Positions 26,226-43,598 of a DNA stretch of 64,000 bases are shown here, piece after piece; position 1 is the stretch's first letter, and each line of letters begins with the position of its first letter. The position numbers and the translations under genes were made by a program. The notes beneath the pieces are model-generated. The model ran no database searches. It was not told the DNA's origin and worked only from the letters and a program-made list of their open reading frames with translations. Location: the NCBI RefSeq assembly GCF_009914755.1, contig NC_060933.1, one strand, 5' to 3'. Source of the stretch: the human T2T-CHM13v2.0 reference genome, Homo sapiens.

Positions 26226-27339
26226 GTACAGTTACATAGAAAAATAATATTATAAGATATCCTGAAATATATATAATATGTTAGTTTCTAACATTGTTTT
26301 AAAAGTTAGTTGTTTAACCAATCAAAGCAGAAACAACTTAAACAGACTTTACAAAAATTCATCAGATTTAATAAAGTTGTCTATTCGAAGATAGGGACTT
26401 CTTTCTTTTTTAAAAATTAAATGAGAAAGCAACTATTGGCAAATTCAAATTCCTTTCTTATCAAAACACGTATTTTGAATTTTTATTGTTTAAAACAATA
26501 TAGAATTTGAATTAATAGCTATCTTAGTAAGGAAATATCTTTCCTCAAGACTGCAATGTGCTATCTTGCATACAAAATTACCAAATAAACACAGTGACTG
26601 CTGATAAATTTTTACCTAATTATTTAATATGGTTCCCTTGAAAAATGAATGATTAAATGAATTAAACAACAGTTAAACAATTAGATTCAGTATGAATATT
26701 ATGTGCATACTGTACATACTTTTGTATTTTCAAGGTCAATCATTGCATAGAAAGAAATTAATTTTTTTAAGAAGTTAAAAATATAGTACTTAATCTTGAA
26801 TAAATTTGTTAATAACTAGGGCACATTAAAATATGCCTCAAACGTAGTAAAATTACATTTTAACATTTATACAAGAGGTTGTCTAGAATATCACAAAAGA
26901 AAAATAACCTAAAAATAAAAACTTTCCCAAAACAAAGACTCAAAAGCAGCCCAAAACTGTTACAACAATAAAAATAATGCCACAATATTTGTTTCTATTT
27001 TAATTGGAAAAAGGAAAAGCAGATTTAGTTATTACTCTAAATAGATACTTTATTGTTGATTTTTCTAGATTTAATAGATTCAATAGTTTGAACTTAAAAC
27101 CGTATTTCTCAATTTTACTCTAATTTTCTAACCTCAAACTTAAAACACATCATTTCCCTCTTTATTTTCCCACCAACCACACACACTAGCCATGTCATTC
27201 TATTTGTATTTACCTCATTCTTTTTCACATACTCTTTGTGTGTGATTCTGCTTTACCATCTTTTAGAATATCTTTTCTCAATTTTTCACCTATATCAAAT
27301 ATTGTTTTAATATATAGCATATTAATAGAAAAGCTAAGG

Positions 27340-27780
27340 TATAGTAAGGCAAACAGATCGGAAGACAATTGCCATTGAAAAGATACTCACAATTTCCAAG
27401 AGAAGGGAGCATGTCACGCCAGGGGAGACTACAGGGGAGAACTCAGGTCCATCAGGAAACAGAGAGAGGGAGGAATTCACGAGCAAGACCCTAGACTGTG
27501 GTGTTTGCAGGAAGAAACCAAGCAGGGTAAACAAGCTTAGGACCGGCTCGTTTGAATAATTTCAGTGGGCTCTGGGGCATAAGAGCTGTCCCTGGTTCTC
27601 TGGTTTTTGGCCCTAGCGTGATTAGGACAGAAGCACAGTGGCCTGGAGTGTGACAGCCCTATAGAGTATTTGTTTGGGAATTGGTTAGTTTGTATTTGTA
27701 AAGCCCATCTTCATGAGGAGTTCAGGGGAGACTTCGTAGCCAGAAGCTGAGGCAAGGTGACTCCAGCATACTATCCATCT
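27340..27780 (-). mobile_element. ERVL solo LTR, MER74-like
   Basis: 'tgccattgaaaagatactcaca', 'gtttgaataatttcagtgggctctggggcataagagctgtccct'. Confidence 0.65.
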
Positions 27781-28294
27781 TCAAGAACAAGATGTGTCTG
27801 AATTGCTGTATGTTATAAAGTTTCGATGTCTAATAGAGCAAATCTTTCATCCTGTTGGTTCTCTTTGATTTAATTTGCTTTTTTTTCTCTCTAAGTACTG
27901 TTCTCGGAATAAGCCAATCTGATATGTGTGTCACTATTCCAATGAATGAGTAGATCACACTTTATTTTTCTGCTTCTTGTGAACATTAATTAGTTCAGTT
28001 TTCTGAAATTTTCAATGCTATTGTGATTTTTTAAAATTAACAATGCTACTTTGCTTATTGTGTACTTGTCACCAGAAATGCAAGAGCTAAGATGTCTCTG
28101 GAAATGGAATTCCTGGGTCACAGGGTTGGCACATGATCAACATTATTAGATAATGTTAAATTGTTGTACAATGTAATCACATTAATTTGTATGCCAATAG
28201 TAGTATATAAAAGTTTGAATTGCCCTACATCCAAACTCACACAAAAATAAATGCAGTCTAAAAAAAAATTTATAATGTGATGTATATGAAATTA

Positions 28295-28688
<394 letters not shown>

Positions 28689-29478
28689 TTAAAAAGTCTG
28701 CTTAGGTATTTTCCTATTTTAATTTTTATGTCTTTTTCTAAATCCTTAACATAAATTAATTGTATCATGAATTTTAATAGATTGTTATGTACTTGCAAAT
28801 GTTGCCATGCTGTTTATGATGATTTTTCATTTTACCAATGGTGATTTAGAAGGAACAGATACTCTTGATATGAGTGGGACCAAACTTACAAATCATCTTG
28901 CTCCAGTCAGTTTTTGTGCTGGTTTGAAAATTTTTTCATACTCTGAGATTCAGGCTAAATTGCTTTTAAAATTTTAAAGCTTTGTGTTTCAAATTTATAT
29001 TCTTGATGAGATGTATAGAGTGAGAATGAGATACATTGTCTTTTTATTATAAACAATCTTGCTTTAGTAGCTACTGAAGTTTACTTTTGAAATTGTATTT
29101 CTTAAATATTTCCGTTAATTATAGAAAATTGATTTTGTATTCTATTTTATATCCATTAACTTTGCTCATTTAGTAATTCTAATAATCCTAGGCATTCTTC
29201 ACAATGCATTGTAAGATAATGTATACATTTCATAGGATGACAATTTTTAGGTACACTTAATGGTATGGGACTATAGATTATTGGGATTTTCTTTGGTTTA
29301 AAATTGGCAAACTATTTTTAAGGGGAAGTTGTTAACAATCACTTTCTACAATATGTGACTCTCTCTTCAAAGAGTAAATCAGAGACAAATCTTTTTTTTC
29401 AAATTTCTTTTTTTGAAAATCAATAATAATGACCCTATTTTTTAGTTTGAATGGATTCTCATTAATTTAAAATGCAAA

Positions 29479-29892
29479 TATTTTGGACTAAATGTTTGTG
29501 TCCCTCCCACCCCAAATTTAAATTTTGAAGCCCTAATCCCCAGTATTATGGTTTTGGAGATGTGGGCCTTTGGAGGTCAAAAGGTTGAGATGAAACCATG
29601 AGGATGGAGTCCTCATGATGGAATTAGTGAATTTATTATAAAAGACACAGAAGAGCACTTTCTTGTACACTTCCTTTGTCTCTGTCTCTCTGTGTGTTTC
29701 TCTATCTCTCTTCCCTTTGGGAACACAACAAAAGGTATCTGTGTGACAAGCATGAAGAATACCCTCAGCAGAAACTGACTATGTGTATGCTGATCGTGTA
29801 CTTCTTAGCCTCCAAACTATGCGGAAAACATTTTGTTGTATAAGACACCAGGTTTATTGCATTTTGTTACGGCAGCCTGAGCAGTCTAACAA
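29479..29892 (+). mobile_element. MLT1A0-like MaLR LTR
   Basis: 'ggactaaatgtttgtgtccc...gaagccctaatcccca...ggcagcctgagcagtctaa'. Confidence 0.75.
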
Positions 29893-30679
29893 GAAAGCAA
29901 TAAAAAGTATAAGTAATTAAGATGAAACTAAATTTATCATCCAAATTCTCACCATAAAGAAATAACCATTTTCAAAATATGTAGAACAAGATTTTACATA
30001 TTTTCCTAAAGTTTATAGACAGAGATAATTGATAAAGATTTTATACAAACTGACTATTAAGAAATGATTGTATTTAATTATAACAGAAGATAAAAATAAT
30101 TTTGTATAGAGAAACTGATTAACGTTTATGCATATTTGTTCCTAAAGTATATTCAAAGTTAAGAGAACAGATTATAAAATCATAAGTTAGAGTTCTTATA
30201 GTATAGGTTTCTTACAAGAAGGGAAGAAAGCAAAATAAATTTAACACAACTAAAGCAGATCTTGCAGAATGTGATTCATATATGGACATGAGTCAGCTTC
30301 CTAAACTTGAATCTCAGTGTTATATAGATGAACCCACTCAGACAGAAACAACATTGAACTAGAACAGAACTCCTTTGACAGGCAATGCACATGTTTTTAG
30401 GAGAGCAGACTGTAAGCTTTCTCTGAGCCTCAGAGAGGCAGAAGGTAAGAATGATTCTGGGCTATGCATCCTCAAGTTTTTGTTTAAACTCTCTGAATAA
30501 GTACCTCATACCATTTTGCCGGGGCAAAGTGAGTGGATGGGGAAAGCAGGCCAAGGGCATTATGTGAATGGGTCACTTCAAAGGGAAAAACATATCTGAA
30601 ACATGGTAGAAGCACCCCATAACTAACTACTTTTTCATGCCTTTGGCCTATTGGACTTAACCATTATAGCAATGATGAC

Positions 30680-34150
<3,471 letters not shown>

Positions 34151-34199
34151 ACAACTACACTGTTTCATTGCTCTAGATTTCTTTTTGTCTCCATTTAAT

Positions 34200-34710
34200 T
34201 ATGGAGAGACTTGCAGAGACAGAAATGACTGTCACGTGTTCTTATACACATAAAGCCCTAGAAACAGGAGCCACAGCACATCATGCACTGGGGCCATATG
34301 GGGAAGTACCGGAGTCAGTGAAGGCAAAAGGAGCAAGACTAAAGCATGAGCCAGAGCCTTTAATATGGTTTTCCTTGGAAGGAATGAGTGAGACAGTGTA
34401 AGCAGCTGAGCAGGTTTAAGACTGGGTAGTGTGAGTACTTTTTGTGTAATTTAGTCCCTAGTGTTCCAGCACCTGATTCTGGGGTGACGAAAGCAGAGGG
34501 ATAATGTCCCAGACCACAGGAGCCATATAATAAGAGTCAAGTGAGGGTGAGGATTCTGGATTGGTTGGTTTGCATATAAATAACATGATCATAGGCAAGT
34601 TGTTTAGTATTTCTAGAAATTAGCTAACCCTAGGAGGAGCACTCTGTCTTGAAACCCATATGGTCTCAAGATGTCAAAGCAAAACAAAAACAATAACCAT
34701 GATTAATACA
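34200..34710 (-). mobile_element. ERVL solo LTR, MER54-like
   Basis: Terminal 'gatgtcaaagc...catgattaataca' and 'ctagaaattagctaaccctagg' match the reverse complement of the MER54 5' end. Confidence 0.7.
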
Positions 34711-35097
34711 GCAAGATGGAATAAGCTATATATTGCCTTAAGGAAGAAGTTACTTGGCTCTCTATGGCTGATCGTCATAACCTGAAAGATTTGTTCTCTT
34801 GACTTGAGCTGGACAACTGGGGTTTTATTTCTGAAGCATTTTATAGGAACTACTCATTGTTCTTGTTTTTGTCATAGTAGTCATGATGCTGGCCAATTGC
34901 ATTCAACTCAGTCTTAACTTCCTTTTTATAGCAGCCCTCTCACCAGAAGATCGCCCTTACTACAAAACTGCAAAAAGTTCAAGAACATCTCATAATATGG
35001 TTGACAATAGAGACAACTAAACAGTCTCTAAGTCGTGAAGATTTGAATCTCTAAACTTCCCTGCATTGGCTTGGTCAATGCCTCACAAGCTAGTTAA

Positions 35098-35547
35098 TGA
35101 CAAAATGGGAGGAGGGGTAGCCAGACCATATATAAGAATAGAGTTCTGACCCACATCTTTGTAGCAACCAGCCTGGGAAGCCAAACCACAGCCTCTGCAT
35201 CAACCAGCCCCAAATGAATAGGATTTAGTTAATGATTGCCAGGTTCCCTATTTTTGCCCCCGCTGCCAACTCAGGACCCATCAGAGAAAGTCAAGTATGC
35301 TTTCTGACTGATCACATAAGATGCTCCATTTCCCCTTATTTATTTAGTCCATCTTCAGCTTCCCCATACAACCTTAAGGCAGAGCATATCCAAAAGCTTT
35401 CCTTTTCCAGGTACAAAACTTTCCTATTCCTCAGCCTTTCTTTGAGTCTCTGCAAAACATATATGATGACAGCTGACTTTCTTGTTATAAAAAGTCTGAA
35501 TAAATATAGATTCTCTCTGTTATTATTAGGTGTTATTTATTTCCACA
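35098..35547 (+). mobile_element. ERV1 solo LTR, LTR37-like
   Basis: 'gccagaccata...tctgacccaca...gcaaccagcctgggaagccaaaccaca...ttccctatttttgccccc'; AATAAA; terminal 'ttccaca'. Confidence 0.65.
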
Positions 35548-35866
35548 ATCTACAAAAAATCTTCAGGCAGGGTACTATTTAAAGGTGCAATATTGAAAAA
35601 TTCCACATAAAATCAGGAAAAAAGAAATAATGTTCATCTCACTACTGTTCTTCTACACATTACTGTAAGCACTAACCATTATAAAAAGAAGAAAAATAAA
35701 GGGCATAATGATCGAATAGGAAAAACAAAATTGTCTTTACTTGAAAATGAGATGATTATGGAAAAAAACCTAAGGAATACATTTCAAAAGCTACTAGAAC
35801 TAAATAATATATATATATATATATATATATGAAATTTATAGCAAACAAGGTTAATATATGAAAGTG

Positions 35867-36640
35867 CATGTTGAGTGTTCCTTATCCAGATATCTGAAAT
35901 CTGAAATGCTCTAAAAGCTGAAACTTTTTGAGAGCTGACGTGATGCTCAAGGAAATGTTCACTTAAGAATTACAGATTTTGGATTTCTGGATTAGCACTA
36001 CTGAATTTGTAAGTATAATGTAAATATTCTGAAATCTGAAAATAATTTGAAATCTGAAATACCTCTGGTCCCAAGCATTTTTTAACTCACTATATGTGCT
36101 CATTTTTTTTTAACAAATACCTATTAAGCAGACACTATGAACAAAAACTGTGCAAACATTGGAAATACATAAGTAAGCAAGACAGAAGGGCCTCTTGTAT
36201 TAAAAATAAACGAAGGAGGACACTAGTTAAAGTGGTAAGGACAGATTTTAATCAGTAATAATGATTGCAACAGGGAAAAGAGTGCAGCATGAGTTGAATT
36301 CAACTTCAATTTGTATATTGGCAACTGATTGTTTTATTTTATTTTAGATTCTAGGGGTACATCTGAACGTTTGTCACATGGGTATACTGTGTGATGCTGA
36401 GTATTGGACTTCTAATGATCTCATCACCCATGTAGTGAACATAAGACCCAATAGATAGTTTTTCAACAGTTGGCCAGCTCCCTCTCTCTTCCCTTTTGGA
36501 ATCTCCAGTGTTTATGGTTCCCATCTTTGTGTTTTTGGGTACCAAATGTTTACCTCCTACTTATAAGTGAAAACGTGGTATTTAGTTTGCTGTTTTTGCA
36601 TTAATTCGACAAGCATTTTGGATAAGCAGTTCTTAACCGG
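35867..36640. mobile_element. Tigger4/MER46 (TcMar) non-autonomous element, split by a ~530-bp insertion
   Basis: Left TIR-like 'catgttgagtgttccttatcc'; body runs to 'ctggtcccaagcattt' (36080) and resumes 'aagcattttggataag...aaccgg' followed by TA (36611-36642). Confidence 0.78.
36332..36609 (-). mobile_element. L1PA15/16-like 3'UTR fragment, with probable 3' transduction at 36084-36331
   Basis: 'ttttattttagattctaggggtacat...catgggtatactgtgtgatgctgag...cctacttataagtgaaaac'; TSD caagcatttt at 36072-36081 and 36610-36619. Confidence 0.8.
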
Positions 36641-37227
36641 TAAAATGTGTTGTTGCATACTAATAATGAATCATTAAAACATAATAATAAATTCTATTCA
36701 CAATAGAATAATCACAAGCATATAATTCTTAGGAATAAAGGCAACAAAATATGCGTAGGTCTTTTATCTAGAAGCTAAAAAATATTATTGAGAAATTTTA
36801 AGAAAAAATAGAAAACGTAGATCTATACATGTTCTTATTGATATGTTATTTATATTAAGATATCCATCCACCTTATATTGATCTACAAATGTATTTCAAC
36901 TCTGATGAAAATCACATCAGATTTTACTGCAAAATAAAAATAAACAATGTGATGTCAAGATGTATATAAATATGCAGAAATACAAAGGAACATAGGTAAC
37001 TTAACCAATCTTGGAAAAGAATATAATCAAAGAAGTAACATTAAATTATTTTAAGATTTTTAAAGCTGCATGTTAAAAAATGGAGCATCCATAAATATGT
37101 TTATGTTTAACATAGATGATGAACTGATTTTCTATGAAGACAAAGGACAATAGAAAACACATATTTTTACAACATATCTGAAACAACTAGATAAATTTAT
37201 GAAAATCAAATTAATTTTTTTATTTCT

Positions 37228-37361
37228 AACTTTTTCTGTTGCCCAGGCTGGAGTGGTGCAATCATAGCTCACTGCAGCCTCGAACTCCTGGGCTCAAGAA
37301 ATCCTCCTTCTTCAGTCTCCTAATGCACTGGGGTTACAAATGTGAGTCATCATGCTTAGCC
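37228..37361 (-). mobile_element. FLAM/AluJ monomer
   Basis: 'gttgcccaggctggagt...gcctcgaactcctgggctcaag'; single monomer. Confidence 0.75.
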
Positions 37362-39988
37362 TAACGTCAATGTTTATCCCATATCATTTACAAATTTGCG
37401 ATGAATCCAATTTGAGATGCTCATAAACATAAATATGAAACATAAATATAAAAACTAATACTATAAAGCATATAAGAGAACAATCTTGCATCTTAGGGGG
37501 CAAAATATTACATCTTTAGGGAGGCAAAAATATTTCAGACAAAACAAACAGAAAATGTAGCCATAAAGGAAAAAATTATATAAATAGGGCTTCCTCAAAA
37601 TAAGATTTTCTACTCATCAAGAGAAAGCATTGAAAAAAATTAAAAGGCAGGACACAGAATCAGAGGAATTATTTTTAATACATACAAATGACTTAGAAGA
37701 TCTTAATAAGTAGTACTATTCAGTAATAAAATGTCTAACAGCCTCTCCCCAAATAGGCATGGGTCTTGAATATCTTACAAAGGAAGATATGCAATGTCAC
37801 ATGAACAGGCACTGGACATCATTATTCATTAGGAACATGCAAATATACATGACAATGACAGCCATTGCACATTCACTAGAAATTATTTAAAGAAATTTTA
37901 AAATACTGACAATACCAAAAATTATAGATATGTAGCAACTGGAAGTCTTTTTGTTTCTTAAGAGTGTAAAATGGGGCAAACACTCCAGAGAACAGTTAAT
38001 TATTTTCTTATAAAGTTTAAAATATATTTTTCTTTGACCCAGTAAGTTTTTTCTCTGTTACGTATACAAAAGAAATAATAACTGATGCCACGATAAAGAT
38101 TTATTCAAAACTTATTAGAACAGTTTTATTCTTAAAACTAAACCTTGAAACAACCCAAACAACCTTCAATAAAGGAATGGATACACGAATTGTATATATT
38201 CATACAGTGGACACTACAGTACTCAGAATTAACAACAACAACAACAAATCAGATATTGACGTGTAACAAAATGTCTGGGCCTCTATAAAATATTATATTG
38301 AATGAAATAAAAAAGTTGAGTATCTATTCTTACTATGTTGAACAAATTAAAAAAAATTACATGGCATAAAGTTCCATTTATATGACATTCCAGAAGAGGC
38401 AAAACTAATCCATGGTTATGAAAATAAGAATGGATTAAAGATTTGATGTGTGAGTGAGATTTAAGTGGAAAGGCATGAAGGAATTTTTGAGGTGAGGAAA
38501 ATGCCTGTAGCTTGAATCGGTATTGATTATATGGGTCTTTGTATTTGTCCAAAGTTATTGAATTGTAAACTTTAGATCTGTGCATTTCACAGTTTAAAAA
38601 AATTTACCTCACCAGTGAAACTCTGTCTACCTAAAGTCTGCAGAAAGCATAACTCAAGAATTTAACATAAGGTCCCCTAATCACATGAAGGTAAGAAACA
38701 GCCATCTTTTAAACATTTAAAAAGTCAGGGGAATAAAAAATCCAGTTTTTTTTTTTTTGAATAACTATTAAACTTATGCCAGTGAAAGAAAATAAAATTA
38801 ATTTTCACAAAAGTTGATACACATGACTGAGGATTAAATCTATATTGATATTGTTGAGATTAAAATACAACGCAATTTTAATAAACATTTAAAACACGGA
38901 CATGGTGTCCCTAACAATTTGTTGATAGGGGAGAGGATAATATAAAAATTAATTTTATGAATCCCACATAAGTACTTGTTAAAAACATATGCCTCTGTTC
39001 TTTTTATTTAGGAATCACTCACAGAAAGCACACATTCTTTGCTTCTGCACTAACTCTGGAATTCAATATTAGAAGGCTCAACTGCCATGAATATAAATCA
39101 AATTCATCTGCATCCCCTATATCAGACTAAATGTGTTTGTTTCTCAGTATTCTGCTATATTCCTTGTATTAATTTTAATAGAATCAAAACTGAGATATGG
39201 AAGAGGATGTTATATATTGAACATCTTTTCTTCCATCTAGCATACCCAATATTTGCTGCATGGGCCAGAAATATGAGAATTAGAAATGCGTCTTTATTTG
39301 GGGTCCTTACTTCATTCACAATTCTAGATAGTCTTCTAGTTATGACAAAGTCTAAGAATTTTATTTTTAAATAAATTATTATCATATTTTTCTGTTACCA
39401 TTTTTTGGTTGGTTTTCCATGCAGTTTGTGCCTACTTCCAGGAGGAAGACACCTACACACATTTACTCTTCTCTGCTTTCTTTACAAATTTGAATATGAA
39501 AAAGAGAGCCAGGAATTGCCAAAAGCTGGTTACTCCAAGACCCTAGGCATTCTGTCAAAATCTAACTTGGATGATCATGTAAAATACTTATCATTTTATT
39601 AATATCAGTATGTTCATTCAAATGGTAACAAGATTTTCACTTGATTTCTAAATCACTGATCTTAAGTGAAAAATATCAAAATAGAGGACTTCACAAATAT
39701 TATCATTTAGAACATCCTCACTTTAAACAACCTAAAGTTATTTTTAATGTTGAATCAATCATACTCTGACCTTCTCCATAGGAAAGGAAAATGTAAATAT
39801 CCCAGAGAGCAGAGAGCAAACTGTCATAAAAATAAAACTGTACTTTCAAATAGCTGTAGTCCACAGCACAGCTCTAACCCAAATTGTCATTTCAACTGCT
39901 TCACATTATTAGAAAATACTTACCTTCTAGCTTTGAACATGAAAGAAAAGTACTCTTAGTCTATCAGTTTCCCTAACTAGGAGATTCA

Positions 39989-40445
39989 TGTATTTGTTGG
40001 GGTCATATAAAGAAACTGATAGTGCAATTTAATAAGGATAATGCAGAGAGGGTTTGGAGACTCTTTGCAAAGCTGTTGAAGGGATGAGAAAGAACACAAG
40101 AGACTGCAGTAACCTTTGGTTAGAGTGATTTTTATCACCCCTAGTTTGAAAGGGCCAGTGGCAAAGCAAGTTTACTAACTTTAGGATAAAGTAGACTCAT
40201 CAGGAAAAGAGCAACCACCTAAGCTTAAGGGACAAAGCCAATCACCCCTGGGAAGCCAGTGTTAAAAATACTTGATCTTGCTCTCTGCTTTCCTGAGAAT
40301 ACAAATCATTCACTTTAACTCATTGAATTCACTCAGCAGTCAGAAGAAAAGGAAGCCTCTTGTTGGAATTCATACTAAGAAGATCAGAAAGTGTAGTGGA
40401 AAAGAGAGGACTAGAACTGCAGGTGCAAGTAGAAGTCAGTGTCCA
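39989..40445 (-). mobile_element. ERVL LTR33-like fragment
   Basis: 'ggggtcatataaagaaactgatag...tatcacccctagtttgaagggcc' resembles the LTR33 reverse strand. Confidence 0.45.
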
Positions 40446-40952
40446 AAAAGAAGTGTATTTGTATTGTTCATTTGACCTCATTTATTTTAGTATGCAAGCG
40501 TATGCTTAAAAATATTTCAGCCTTCTTTTTACTATATATGCAATTCGTCATTATTTATTAAGAGATTATATATTCATCATTACTTCAATGATCTCATTTT
40601 TAGCTTTCCTCTTCTTTATTAATGGATGCAGTAACTTCTGGCATTCCCCTGAGAATATTAATTCTACTTATTTGGAAGTACTCTTTTTATTGCTCTCTGC
40701 TGTCTTTCTTTTGTATTTTATACATCTTTCATTTGCTTTATGTTATTTTAATCTTACCCTATGCACTTACAATGATGGCACTTCTCCGAATGACTGTTGA
40801 TTTTCTTCCTTTCTTTCTTTTTTTCATGTTGTCTACATTTTTTTTTCAAGGTGAGTTTCTGCTAGACTGTTATTACTGAGCAATCCTTTGGTGGAGAAGG
40901 AGGTTCATGCTGCTACAGGCCACAATTTGCCTCATTTGCAGTCAGATCAGGC

Positions 40953-41231
40953 TTTTTTTTTTTTTTTTTTTATTATACTCTAAGTTTTAGGGTACATGTG
41001 CACATTGTGCAGGTTAGTTACATATGTATACATGTGCCATGCTGGTGCGCTGCACCCACTAACGTGTCATCTAGCATTAGGTATATCTCCCAATGCTATC
41101 CCTCCCCCCTCCCCCGACCCCACCACAGTCCCCAGAGTGTGATATACCCCTTCCTGTGTCCATGTGATCTCATTGTTCAATTCCCACCTATGAGTGAGAA
41201 TATGCGGTGTTTGGTTTTTTGTTCTATCGCA
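40953..41231 (-). mobile_element. L1HS pre-Ta 3' end (~280 bp), human-specific
   Basis: Sense strand reads 'gatgacACGttagtggg' (pre-Ta trinucleotide) and 'cttaGagtata' (L1HS G); 19-nt T tail; TSD agatcaggcttttt starting at 40944 and at 41232-41245. Confidence 0.93.
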
Positions 41232-43598
41232 AGATCAGGCTTTTTGTCAGAGAGAGGACATGCCCATTAGGCAAGATGTATTCAGATATTTCCAACTGAT
41301 CGCTGCCTTTTCTTTCTGATTCAAATTCCCATTCTCAATATATTTACCTAATGTATGCCTCCATTTTGCCTTTTTAAGCAAGACTAAAAAATCAATACCC
41401 TTGGAAAAAATTGATTAATTTGGCTAACTTAAATTTAAAGTCTTCACTTCTAGCAAAATAGTTTTACTACATATTTTTTACTATGAGAAAATATGTAAAC
41501 TATGTATACGAAAGCAAATCTATAAATAATTTAGAAAAATAAAAATATTTCAATAGAAAAGTGGGAAAATGTAAAAATAGGTACTTACTGGAAGAATCAA
41601 GAGATTAGTTCTAAAGACCTTAATTATTTATTTAAACTAATTTAATTAAAATTTTAAAAATAATTAAATTTTTCAATAATCAAGTAAAACAAATTAAACT
41701 TAAACAATAGAACCTTTTATTTTGAGATGCAAAAGCATGAATCAAAGACATCTGTAAAGCTTAAATGTATTCAGATTGTAAAGCTAACCCATGTAAACCA
41801 AACTAGGCCAGGAATTAGACTATATTAGCGCCCCAGACTCCCCCAAGTGTCCCTTCCTAAAAGAAGCTCCTCTCACCCTAAGTTTTATGTATAATTTTTT
41901 TGCTGTGCTTCAAAAAGGTATAGCATGTATGCATCCCTGAACAACATACCTTAGTGTTTTTTGGCCTGCTTTGATAATTACTATGAAATCCTCTTTCTGT
42001 ATTATTTTGTGCCACACTCCTTTTGTTCAACATATGTTTATGAGTGACAGCCCTGTTGTTGCAAGCAGTTGTAATTTATTTTTTTTCACTGCTCTATAAT
42101 ATTTGATTGTTTATATAGATGAGAATTTTCTATTTTATTCCTTATATACATTTGTGTTATTTTAAAGTTTGGTTGCTTAGGAGCAAAGTCAATATGAAAA
42201 TACTTGGACATATGCTCTCAGAATTATATGCATAAGTTTATCTACAACATATAACTATCCAAGGAATTTTAGGAGCAAACATATGTGGTTACTTATTTAA
42301 TCACAGACTAACTTTTTTTCAAATCAGTTGTATCAATTTATACTTCTTCCTGTGGTACCTAAGATTTCATAAAATTATACTTTCAATCCATGGGTTTAGC
42401 AAAATAATTCAAAGTTTAATAATATCAAATTGACATCTGTAATTTAAGACCACTTTAGATGAAAATTTTTGATATCTATTAAATTTTACAATGTGAATAA
42501 CTTATAAACACAATTTTCCTTAACTCATCATCTGTCTTATGAAATACTAACATATGTGCAGTAAAATGCAATAGGATGTCAATTACAGCTTTTTAAAAAT
42601 AGTCAAAAGCCCATTAAATAGATTAAATGTCCACCAATAGAGAAATGGCTAAGTAAATATGACATATCTAAGAGTTAAAGAAATGATAAAGATTAACGTG
42701 TGTTGAATCACTAAGATTTCCAATACATATTAAATTGAAAAATAAAAACACATTATTGTGGTTACAAATACACAAAGTATTAGATTATCAAATCAGACTC
42801 ACATGCATCGGAGATCTTATGCAAACTTAACTAATAATTTTATGGATAAAAATTATTGTGAGGTACAGGTGGAGCAAGGTAAGGTCAGATAGCACTGTGA
42901 GAATCCCTGGGTCCTTTCCTTCCACATCAGATATGCTTTGAACAAGGATAATAGATGATGATTCTGAGTAAGATGTGCGGTCATCTCACTTACACAGAGG
43001 AGATATTTAGATCACAAAATATCTCATTTTGTCTTTAGATGGTCCAGGAAACTACGCCCCATGAGTCAAAGAGATTTAGGTTTTATTATAAACAACCCTA
43101 GAAAAGAAATCACAGCACATACATTCTTCTAAAAGCATTCTGTAGGTAAGATATTCCTTCCTGGAAACTTCTTAGTTTGTTTGCCAAGAGGTTAGCCAGT
43201 TATATGGTTACCAAAAAACCTGCCTTCTTTGTCTCCTGCATGTTTCTTATTAAAGAGAATGAATGAATTGCAGAACTATTGTTTGCACATTTACTTTTAA
43301 ATGGTTTATCAGTAAAATATGTGAGAATACATTTTTAAAATAAACTTATGTGATTGCTTTGGAAAATGTCTGGAAATACGCAAACCACACTGATAATAAT
43401 GGCCTTCTGGGGATGAACCAACACACAATAGATTTACTGGTAATCGTTTGATTTTTTCAAAAGTACTACATTCCTGTATAATTTGCATGATTAAAATGTA
43501 TTTAATATAATTTCCACCTGTGATAATTTTCTTGTGTATAAATAGGACATTGCTCTTGCTATTAGCAGCTATATACTGTAATATTTATAGTTGAACCA

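Larger units (their letters stand above)
35570..38570 (+). mobile_element. Old L1M (L1MD/L1ME-like) ORF2-3'UTR remnant hosting Tigger4 and FLAM
   Basis: Degenerate ORF2 motifs; 3' end 'agatctgtgcatttcacag...tttacctc'. Confidence 0.6.

Noticed and set aside
36292-36305. Perfect 14-bp palindrome agttgaattcaact
   Set aside because: About one palindrome of this length or more is expected by chance in 64 kb, and it lies in a decayed LTR fragment
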